NCBI GenBank assembly: GCA_050084515.1
Contig: CM114271.1
Location: forward strand, 38,564,001 to 38,628,000
Length of the DNA: 64,000 bases
Origin: Blasia pusilla
Lineage: Eukaryota
Direction: 5' to 3'
Position numbers and translations under genes: made by a program. This document shows, one piece after another, positions 50,987-61,930 of the stretch. Numbering within the stretch: the first letter of the stretch is position 1; the number at the start of each line of letters is the position of its first letter. Under the pieces are notes generated by a model, which saw only the letters and a program-made list of their open reading frames with translations, did no database searches and was not told the DNA's origin.

Positions 50987-53047
50987 TTGCTAAAGGATAA
51001 GTTGACGTCCTCGCCCATCTTGAGGAAACCGATAAAGGGGCGTCCTTTCCAATTGCATACAGATTGGAGCGTGTTGGGGCTTGGAGCGGTGCTCGCCCAA
51101 CATGATGATGAGGGTAGAAAGTTTGTGGTGGCTTACGCTAGCCGCTCAAACAACGATGCAGAGGTGAAGTACAACTTGTATCAGGGTAAGTGCTTGGCTA
51201 CAGTGTGGGCTATCGCGCATTTCAGGTGTTACTTATTCGGCAATCCCTTTACCATCATCATTGATCATCAACCATTGAAGTGGTTGATGGAGTCTGACAA
51301 GCTTACAGGGAAGCTTGCGAGATGGGCTCTGTTGTTGCAAGAGTATGATTTTCAAGTGGTACATAGACCTGGGACACTCAAAAAGGATGTAGATGGGTTG
51401 AGTCGTAACCCATGCCCGAGTCAGCGAGATGCGACTCGAGCTCGATGGCATGGAGAGAGTGATGAGGAGTCAGTGCCAGGATGGCACACGTCAGCGTATT
51501 TAGGCATGTTGGCTATGGAGAGCGAGAGTGTCGAGACTTCGATGGCGAGGTCTGGTGGAGAGTCCTTGGATCCCGAGGCCTATGAGGAGACGACAAGTGG
51601 CCGAGATATTCATGATGATGGAGTAGTCTTGGAGTACCTTCGTATTGGCAGCATTGCGAGCACCGTGGGTGCTAGAGAGCGGGATCGGATCCTACAGTAG
51701 GCTAGACGGTTCCGTTGGGAGGGAACACATGTTTTGAGGGTTTGGGAGGATGGTAGAGTACACGTAGTGTCGGATCCTTTGCAAAGAGCACAACTAGTGC
51801 AACATGCCCACAAGGAGTTGGGTCACTTTGGGGTGCAGCGAACGTACAACTTGCTCGAGATTCAGTATTGGTGGCGAGGCATGCAAACTGACGTTTAGTA
51901 GTTTGTTGCCAGGTGTATGGTGTGTGATCGGGTCTGAGCATCATTCAATGCTCGGACTCCATCATTGCATCCATTGTCGATCATGGGCTTAGGGTATATA
52001 TGGAGTTTGGATTTTGCAGGACCTTTGCCTTTGACGGAGCATCACAATCGTTATGTGTTGGTGATGGTCGAGCACTTCTCGAAGTGGATCGATTTGGTTG
52101 CATTGCCTGACAAAGCGAGTGAGGGAGTAGCTTATGCCTTCCTTGATAGAATGTTGAGTCATTATGGCGCACCGGCTGAGGTGTTGACAGTCAAGGGTAC
52201 CAAGTTTCACGATGAGTTCCAGGCCTTGTGTGATTAGGCATTGATCGACCATCGCATGACTTCGCGAGATCATCGCGAGGCGGATGGATTAGCGGAGAGA
52301 GTTATGCAGACAGTGAAGAGGGGTTTACGCAAGTATGGCTTGCAGAGAGGTCACCTAGGAGATTGGGATCTCCAGTTGCAGTGGTTGGCAATGGGATACA
52401 GATTCAGTAGGCAGGCATCCTTAAAGTCTTTTTCACCGTACTTGCTACTTTATGGCCGAGAGCCAGATTTACATACGGAAATTCGTCGAGATGCTGGTGA
52501 GGTGCTGGACCTTGATGACCCACATGTATGGATGCGAGAATGTTCTCAGAGGGTTGAGTTGTTTTGGAGAGTGATGCCCATGGCGTTCGAGAACTTGACG
52601 ATTGTGCAGCATCGGGATACGTTGAGGTATTTGACTATTTGGGGTGGTGGTTATCGCCCAACTATCCGGAGGTTTCATCAGGGAGATTATGTCTACTTGC
52701 AAGAGACGGCACCGACGACGTTGGATATGACTACAGGGCGCACTATCCTGAGAGTGCGTGACGTTTTTCTATCATGTGTTCTCTTGCTGGAGGGACGCGA
52801 TGGTATGGTATGGAAGGACCAGGTGCGTAATTGTGCGCCATATCACCTTCCTAACCTTGATGGTACAGTAGATCCAAGCTCAATAGTAGTTCTTGCAGGC
52901 TTGCGTTGTATGTTGTGTGGTTCTGCTCGTGGTGCGGCCACGATGCTAGTATGTGATGGATGTTCGAGAGGTTGGCATATGGCATGTCTGACGCCATCTC
53001 TCACTAGAGTTCCTCGAGGACGATGGATGTGTCCTAGATGTATATAG
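50987..53047 (+). pseudogene. RNase H-integrase-PHD of copy 4, with the best-preserved PHD
   Basis: ORFs 50987..51700, 51965..52237 and 52241..53047. The last ends LRCMLCGSARGAATMLVCDGCSRGWHMACLTPSLTRVPRGRWMCPRCI (full C4HC3). Confidence 0.93.
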
Positions 53048-53859
53048 AGGAGATACTAGGTAGGTTTAGATTCCGAATTTTTCTTTGACATAGATGACAA
53101 GAAGGCGACTAACGATGGGGCCACATGAGCACCCCGGCCTTTCTACTCTTAGCGTCCTAGAGATGTATGTCGTGGTAGGTAGGGATAGATGGCTATGTGA
53201 AGTAAGAGGGACCTAACCATCAACTAGGGGGGCGATTGGAGATATGTTGGTACTTCTCGCCTTTGTGTATGGATGCCATGAGTTAGCATGGGATCGTGTG
53301 TGTTTGTGTGTGTGTTCGATGACAGCGATGTATGTTGTGTAGCGATGTGTATGCACACGACAATTGTCACGACTGTTAGGATAGATCAGTGGGATCTAGC
53401 AAAGCATCTGCACGAGTAGTGGAGGACATGCCCAAGAGGTTGAGGATGACTTGTTGAGGCCCCATAAAATCTAAGAGAGCAGTTTTTCCCTTCGTTTCGA
53501 CTCATTTGGAGCCATATAGAAAAACTTACTATTTTGAGTAAGTATCCATATTATGGATAGTTGACTTTCCACTTTGGGAAGTGGCCCTTTACCCGCTACA
53601 GTAGGTCAAGAGCCAAGGAGGTGACCTGCGAGCATAGGTTACCGTTGAGAGGGTTTGGGAGAGGGAAGCGGGAATACCTCCAAGAGAGAGAGCTTGAGAC
53701 CTCACTCTCTCTTTGTTCAACCTCTTGGCCTAAGGCAACGGAGCTATGGTCCCTTGCCTTGTGAGTGTAACCCAAGCTTCTCATTAGGAGAGTGGGTTTG
53801 GTTTAACATGAGTGCATCTACATAGCAAGGGACCACCATAAACTATAAGTGTGGATAAG

Positions 53860-54370
53860 ATTGCATGTAGGTAGAGTGTTTGTTTGTAGACATGTCCATA
53901 TCCGTAGACTTACGTACGTCCTATGGAAGGACTTATCTATGTAGGCCCCACCTTCCTCTTCTTTCTCATTCTGCTCACTTGTCTACATATTCCATGCTTC
54001 CCTGTTTCTTCCTCTTTCCACCCACACTCCCTCTCCCCCTTATTGCCCCACTTGGCCTTGCCCTACTTTCCATCATGAACTATAAGTGTGGGCCTCTCCT
54101 CTTGCGATCCGTGGGCATGTCCAAACTTCTATGTCAAAGGGAAAGACTTGTCCGTTTTTTTGCAACCATGGCAAGGGCGGGCGGAGCACTAAAGGGAAAG
54201 GATAATGGAGTGGAGGTGGGAGGAGGAAGAAACGAGAAAGTGCAGATCATGAAGGCAGATGGGGAGGATGAGAAAGAAGGGGGGGATGGGGCCCACATTA
54301 ACAAGTCCTTCTATAGGACAAATGTATGTTCATGTCTACAAATACTTGCTTTGTCCATATGCAAGATTGC
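53860..54370. repeat. Imperfect ~200-bp inverted repeat (foldback/MITE-like)
   Basis: The arm at ~53865-54065 (tttgtagacatg...gtcctatggaaggactt...) pairs with ~54168-54365 (...aagtccttctataggac...catgtctacaaa). Confidence 0.7.
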
Positions 54371-56014
54371 TAAGATATGCAAGTAGGAAAGCTGTTCTCT
54401 TTTAAGAAACCTTGCCCTCGTATATTGATACTTAGTTGGATTGAGAGTACATGTGTACTCCAAGGAATTTATGATTGGCTATGGATAAATATCCTATGCA
54501 CACATGTTACCAAATAGTTTCCTAGAGAGGGATATATTCTTGATGACGCTCATTTAGACCTCATACTATGAGAAATAATCACATTAGGATTTGTCATATG
54601 ATGTAATTATGATGTTGTATTAAACCAATATTCTCTTGAGTAAGTATGCTAAGATTGATTGAAAATCATATATTTATAATTTATTGCAACTTATTTCTTG
54701 TCTCTTGCTGCTATGATAATGTGTATCATTGAGTGAATGTTAAGTCTCCACATTAATGAGAATGAATGTTGTGCTAGCACATTTCAAATAAATTTTACAT
54801 CATCAAAGATCTTGCTGATTTATGTGTTTCTATGTGAATTCTAACTAATTTTATATTGGGGTTTGTTCGATCATTCATGTATAGATGTGTTAGGATTTAT
54901 AGTATAGATGGATCTTAGCCATTTGTCGAGGTCAACCAATGTTTGCTGATAACAATGTATAATACATGACATAAGGTATGAGCTAATAATTATTATCGAA
55001 ATCATTGAATGCATATCATTAGAAATTTATTTATTTTAATTTCAAAAATATGGATGGCATTGTTTCATATTCTCTCAACTAATCCCTTTTTTTTCAACTT
55101 CAAGTATTAAAAGTGCATATTTAGTACAAGAATCACATATTTTACAAAGATATTTCTTTCCCTTCTTTACTCTAATTGGTTTTTCTACAACATATTTCAT
55201 CTAAGGTTTTTTTAACCTCCCAACCTAAGTGATTAGTGACAAAATATCAACAATAACTAATAACCTTTTATTACATCCATAAAGTTCACTTTGTGACTAT
55301 GTTAGACAAGGGTTGACACACTAGATCATTTAATTCTAAAGTTCATGAATTAAGACCAAAATAATTCCCATAATCTCTCATATAATTATTCCAAAATACA
55401 AAAGGAAAATTTTAAAATATTGAATTTAAAATCATCAAGAGCATTTTTTTCTATACTTTCTACATTTACCTTTTTATAATGTTTATTTTATATGTTTATC
55501 AACCAATAGAATGATGACACATAGAAAAAATATATATTATGTCCCTTAAATGGAGGCTGCTGCTACTATCACTTGTGGAACATCTATAGTTCAACATCCT
55601 CTAGACCAAGATGGCAGTCATATGATGGATGACTTATCTCATTATCCGTTCGATTCACGAGTGGAATGGTCGAGCGACGACGAGGAAAGATACCGACTCT
55701 AGCAGCATTTCGTATGGCCATCATTTAGCTTGATGATTTGATTGAGTGGCATGTCCATGAAAGAAGCACACCCATGTCTGACACTTCTACGGAGAGGAGT
55801 GTTGTAAGAGCCGCATTATTCCATGGAGGAGAGGTGTTGTTGTGGGGCTTGAGTGAGGAGCTTAGACGCTTGGCTGATGCGCACCTGCAGATGGCGTGGA
55901 GCGAGACGTTTGCTCTAGAGCATGACAAGTTAGAGGAACCCAAGGTAGTTAGGAGTGTTATGATGATATATTTTGAAACCTCACCAATTGTGTGGCGCAT
56001 CCCAAAGGAGGGTA

Positions 56015-56955
56015 TTCAGATGTTGGATCTCTTTGGAGGGATCAACACTAGATTGGTTGTTATTTTGCAGGGGAGAATGCATGTGAAGCAATCTTTGTAT
56101 GTAGAGATTGATGAGATTACGAGGTATGTCTCACTTCAACATGTGGCGCAATTATGCCTTCGTTTGCTCAACTTGTTATCTGCGTCGACAATACAGGGGT
56201 ACTATGGTTCCCTATCGAGGGACATTTCTTTGTTGGGTATGCACAAATTGTAGTGGGTAGGGACCATTGATTTGGTTATTTTTGGTTTTCCATATCAAGG
56301 CTAGTCGAGTGTTAGACAAGGTAGCGGTTTAGCTAAAACTCGATCTAGATTAGTTTGGGAGATTATGAGAATCTTGCAACATTTGCAATAATATCAGTCT
56401 CATTCTCCAACATACATTTTAGAGAATGTGCCTATATGAGGTGATTCACAATCACGTGTGGTGATGAGCACACATCAAGTGTGTGCATGGACTGGCCCAT
56501 TAGTGTTTTTGGATGCAGCTAGTGTAGGTTTAGAAGCATATAGCTTGCGTCTATGGTGAACCAACTTGGTGCCATGCAAGGTATTGTGGAGGATGTGTGG
56601 GAGCGTGGAGTGTCCCTCCCATTCGTTAGTGGATTCTATTATGGATTCTCTCCTTCGATCACAGATAGTAAGGCACGATGATTGACCAACATTGACTGTG
56701 GTCGACAAGATTGGCATGCCACAGGTAGCCTTTCCCACTGTTTAGAGTTTTCCTGCTTCCTATACATATGAGGAGGCCACTTATGGCTTGGTTTGGGATG
56801 ACCATGCACATTGGTTGGTGGAGCCTAACGCCGAAAAGTGAGAGCGAGTGATGGGATTTCCCGTAGGGATGACAAAAGTATTGTCACTATCAGAGGCATC
56901 TCGACGTCATGTCTTGGTCAGAAAATGGACCTTAACTGCTTGACATGGATAATGA
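56015..56955 (+). pseudogene. DNMT3-like methyltransferase domain (copy 5, inactivated)
   Basis: MLDLFGGINT (ORF 55738..56253), IDLVIFGFPYQG (catalytic C>Y, ~56266-56301) and YILENVP (~56411-56432). Confidence 0.85.
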
Positions 56956-59900
56956 GCTCAAGGATAGTTGAGCAATGTTGCATGAGATTGTGATAGGTCA
57001 AAACTATTGCCTTGGCGAGCCCCATGCTTATCAAGACAATTCAGGCAGTGGATGGGGGCGAGATTTGAGGAGGTTGATACATGAGGGATGATCGAGAGAG
57101 AACCGTTGGTCTTCTTGGGATATTTTGCATGTACGTTGGGAGATGGTAACCACAATATCAAGCGTGGTTGAGGGTACTACATGTCAAGGAGATAATATTT
57201 TCAAGTTGGTTGGAGGGGAGCAGTCGGGTTCCGTAGTCCAAGTTGGGATTGCACCATAGCAACCATAGATATCCGCATCAAAGATTCCTACAGTAGGCAC
57301 GATGGAGACTCGGGAGCCAAAGATGGACCCTAAGTTGATAGGAGGAGAGCCGCGTTGGATACACCAGTTCCTTAGGAGTCATATGATCTATTTTTCATAG
57401 CATGCATAATTTGGGTATGCTGAATGGTCCAAGGATCCTCATTGAGTTGTCTAGCGACTTATTGATTTTTCGACGACCCTGCACATACAATGAGATGGAG
57501 AGTGTGCATTTGCCACTACCATGCTTTCCAAGAAGGATATGCATCCCAACTGGACGGATAGGCAGATGTGTGAAGATTACCAACCTATCAATTGGGAGAC
57601 GAAGTCTAATAGGTATGCCATGTCTACTCTTGAGGAGATCTTTGATGCTATTGGGCATGCAAAGGTCTTTAGTTTGCTGGATCTCTAAGCCGCATACCAT
57701 CAATTTCCTATCAGATTGGAGGGCAGGAAAAAGAGGGCATTTTGGGGCATTGATCCTCATGGAAAGGATTGTCTATACCACCTGCGGTTCTTACCATTTT
57801 GGTTTAAGAATGCCCAGGAAGAGTTTATAAGGGTCATAGATAAGATCTTGGCACGTTTGGATTTTGTGAGATGTTACATTAATGACATCCTAGTATTTAG
57901 CACCGAGGTGGAGGAGCATGAGCGACATTTGGAGGAGGTATTTTGACCATTGCAGTAACATGGGAAAAAGCTACATCCAGGTAAGTGCAAATTCTTCTAC
58001 AACTAGGTTGAGTACTTGGATCATACAATGTACCCATGAGCCTTTGGTATTCAACATATGAAGGTAGAGGTTGTCTCACGTATTCCACGCCCTATAAAGG
58101 TTAGTCGAGTTCATACATTTATGGGATTGGCAAACTTTTATTGGAGGTACGTCAAGGGTTTAGTTTGATTGCGAAGCCACTAACCTTGCTGATCAAGGTA
58201 GATCACGAGTGGCAGTGTAGGGATGAGTATGAGAGAGCATTTCAGATGCTTAAGGAGAGGTTGACGTCCGCGCCCATATTGAGGAGATCGGTCAGGGGGA
58301 TTCCTTTCCAGTTGCATATTAATTAGAGTATGTTGGGGCTTGGAGCGTTGCTTACCCAACAAGACAATGAGGGTAGAAAGGTCATGGTAGCTAACGCTAG
58401 TTGCTCGAACAACGTTGCAGAGGCAGAGTATAGCTTGTATGAGGGTGAGTGCTTCACATGGTTCATGTGTTACTTATTTGGCAATCCTTCTACCATTATT
58501 AGTGATCACCAACCACTTAAGTGGTTGATGGAGTCCAATAAGCTTACAAGGAAGCTTGTGAGGTAGGCTCTATTGTTGCAGGAGTTTGATTTCCATATGG
58601 TACACAAACATGAGATACTCGAGCAAGATATAGATGGGTTGAGTCATAATTCATGCTCAAGTTAGCAAGATGTGACTAGAGCTTATTGGGATGGAGAGAG
58701 TGATGGGAAGTTTGTGCCAAGATTACATGCCTCAGCCTATTTGGGCTTGTTGGCTATAGAGAGCCAAAGTGTCGAGACTTCGATGGCGAGGTCTGATGGA
58801 GTGTCCTTAGATCCAAAGGCCGGTGAGGATGCGACAGGTGCCCGAGATATTCTCCAGGATATAGTAGTCTTAGAGTGCTTACTTACTGGTAGCATTGTGA
58901 GCACAATGGGTACTAGAGAGCGGGCTCAAATCCCACAACAAGCTAGACGGTTCCGATGGGAGGGGACACATATGTTGTGAGTTTGGGAGGATGGTAGATT
59001 ACGCATAATGTCTCTTGCTTTGCTGAGAGCACGTTTCGTGCAGCATGCCTACAAGGAGTTTGATCACTTTGGAGTGAAGCGGACGTAGAACTTGCTTTAG
59101 ATACAATATTGATGGCGAGGCATGCAGACTTATGCATGTTCAACACTTTGTTACAAAGTGTATGGTATGTGATCAGGACTGGCATTGTTCAATGTTCTGA
59201 TTCCAAAATTGCATCCACTTCCAATCATAGATTTAGGTTATAGATGGAGTTTGGATTTTGTAGAACCTTTACCTTTGATGGAGTGCGATAGTCGTTATGT
59301 GTTGGTGATGGTTGAGCACTTCTCAAAATGGATAGAGTTGGTTGCATTGCTTTACGAAATAAGTGAGGGAGTAGTGTATACCTTCCTAGATCAAGAATTG
59401 AGTCATGATTCTAGTGAGATGTTGAACCTCGACAACCTTGATGTATGGATTCGAGCATGGTCTTAAAGGGTTGACTTGTTTCGGAGAGTGATGCCCATGG
59501 CGTTTGAGAACTTGGCAATCGCGCAACATCATGATACTTTGAGGTATGCAACTTTCCAAGGAGGTAGTTATCAACCAACTCTAAAGAGATTTCATCAAGG
59601 AGACTGTCTACCTGCAATAAACAGTACCCACGATGTTGGATGGGACCATATGGCACACTATTTTGAGAGTGCGAGATGTTTCGCAATCTGATGATCTCCT
59701 ATTGGAGGGATGCAAGGATATGGTTTGGAAGGACCATGTGTGTAATTGTATATCATGTCACCTTACTCATATTAATGGTACAATTGAGCCAAGCTTAGCA
59801 ATAGTTCCTATAGGCTTGCGTTGTATGTTGTCTAGTTCTATCCGTGGTGTAGCAACTATGCTACTCTGTCATGGGTGTTTGAGATGGTGGCATATGGTAT

Positions 59901-60651
59901 GTTTGATGTCATTTCTCACTAGGGTTCCTTGGGGATGACGGATGTGCCTTAGATATACATAGAATAGTCATACTAGATAGTTATATATTTGGACTTGTGT
60001 CCGAGATATGAATGACAAGAAGGCGACTAATGATGGACCAGCATGAGCACCTCACTTTTTTTCTCTTAGCGTCTTAGAGATGTATGTCATGGTAGGTAGA
60101 AATAGACAACTATCTGGTATTAAAGGGACCTAACCACCAACTAGGGGTGGGGGGCGATTGGAGATATTTTGGTACTCGATCGTCTCGATGCCATGAGTTA
60201 GCATGGGATCGTGTGTGTTTGTGTGTATATCCGATGACATCGATGTATGTTGTGTAGCATTGTGTATGTGCACAACAACTTTCACGACTGTTAGGATAGA
60301 TCGACGAGATCTTCTGATCTAGTAGAGCGCCTTGAAGGATATTGGAGGACAATCTCAAAAGGTTGATGATGATCTACTAAGGCTATGGGTAACATGAGAG
60401 AGCAGGTTTCTCGTTCGTCTCGGCTCATTTGAAGCCATATGGATAAACTTACTATTTATAGCCGGTTATTGTTTTGAGTACAGCTGTCTTTCCACTTAAG
60501 GAAGTTATCCTTGACCCCCTATAGTATGTCAAGAGCCAAGCAGGTGACCTGCAAGAATAGGCTACCGTAGAGAGAGCTTGAACCTCTTGGTATGAGGCGA
60601 CGGAGTTATGGTCCACCTTGCCTTTTGAGTAACCTATGCCAAGCCTCTCAT

Positions 60652-60735
<84 letters not shown>
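60652..60735 (+). repeat. Compound microsatellite (TG)n(GA)n inside A2 of copy 5
   Basis: Read directly from the sequence. Confidence 0.98.
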
Positions 60736-60740
<5 letters not shown>

Positions 60741-61897
60741 CAATGCAAGAGCTTGCTAGTGTCTCGCTGTTTGTGTAAGATGGGGACCTTGTTCCGCATA
60801 TAGCAGTTCATGGGAATGCTCATAGGAGCAAGAGCCGCTCGTTTTATGCTTTGTCATACCAATTTTTATACGGGAGAGTGGCGCGCACAAGCGCTACCCA
60901 ATTTTTGGAAGGAATTGAGTATGGAGCGGAATGCTCCATGCAAGTGCTCTCAAGAGCACCCCATAGCTTGCTAGTTTGTATTTTGACACGTTTGCAAATT
61001 TATGTGGAAGAGATCAGCGCAAAAGCGGTGCCAAAAATTACATAGGAATGGAGGACTTTGGGCTCTACAACAATCGCTAATCCATTTTTTATGAAAGGCC
61101 AAATGAAGAAACCAATTCAACAACATTGTAGATCGGGAAGTTATGCACGTTTTCAAAGAAATTATGCGCAAGTTCAACGTCTGAGCATGAGTTGTGATCA
61201 TTTTTATGGGGCTACCACAACCAACTTGTGAAGGAAGGAGCCATTTTCAAAAAGATTTGGTAAAATCCTTAGATGAAAGGTAGAATAATAAAACATCATT
61301 TTCTATCTTAATGGATAGGACGAGGAGAAATTGTGATTGAGGGTGAATGGCAAGTGAAAGGTGGTTTTTGGTTCACTTGGCCCACATTTGAAGGGCCATG
61401 TTTGTAGAGAGCCAAATCTGGGCTAATTTTGGTGGGAAGACCAAAGCTACATTTTCAAGGGTTTATTACAGTTTGAAAAAGAAATAGGAGAGTCGAGGAA
61501 ACTTTAGCTAGCATCTGGAGGAAAATGGCGAGATCTACGATGAGGAGGTGAACTGGGAGGAGATGTTATGGCTGTATGAGGGCGTGTAAAACCAGATAAG
61601 CGAGTAGATGGAGAATCCAACTCCATCTCTGATGACATAGAAGCAAAGGTAGGCAAGTCATCGAAGACAAGGGAACCGTGTTTGCAAGATTAAAAATAAG
61701 GAAAAAAATTAATAGAAAAATTTCAAAGTATTTTATATTATAAGGATAACAAAATTCAGTAGAAGATCCCCCCGGCGCGCCCTCCCAAAAAAAACCCATA
61801 TATAGAATTTCAAATTCAAAAATAGATTATTCTATTATAGGTAGAAAAAAACAATAAAAGATTTTTAGAATCAAGAAATTTACTAGATGGGGGAAAA

Positions 61898-61930
<33 letters not shown>
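61898..61930 (+). repeat. (CT)n(TA)n microsatellite flanked by the 13-bp direct repeat tactagatggggg
   Basis: Repeat copies at 61881-61893 and 61929-61941. Confidence 0.9.

Larger units (their letters stand above)
40154..53812 (+). mobile_element. DNMT/PHD family, copy 4: A1...gag fused to RH-IN-PHD (protease, MTase and RT deleted), PPT-B1-AT-A2; interrupted by a chromovirus
   Basis: A1 starts at 40154 (tgtcacgactgttagg). Gag resumes after 49650. B1 is 53235-53362, spacer at, and A2 is 53365-~53812, roughly 90% identical to A1 by eye. Confidence 0.92.
55548..61100 (+). mobile_element. DNMT/PHD family, copy 5: 5'-truncated and strongly decayed (MTase-RT-RH-partial IN-PHD), PPT-B1-AC-A2
   Basis: Colinear with copy 3 apart from internal deletions. 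B1 is 60157-60277 (ends gtgcacaaca). A2 starts at 60280 (tttcacgactgttagg) and is traceable to ~61100. Confidence 0.88.

Noticed and set aside
40154-53812. Calling A1/A2 an ordinary LTR pair
   Set aside because: The G-tract lies ~130 nt upstream of A2 (before B), A does not end in CA plus a PBS, and the TSD-defined right end in copy 3 is the end of B.
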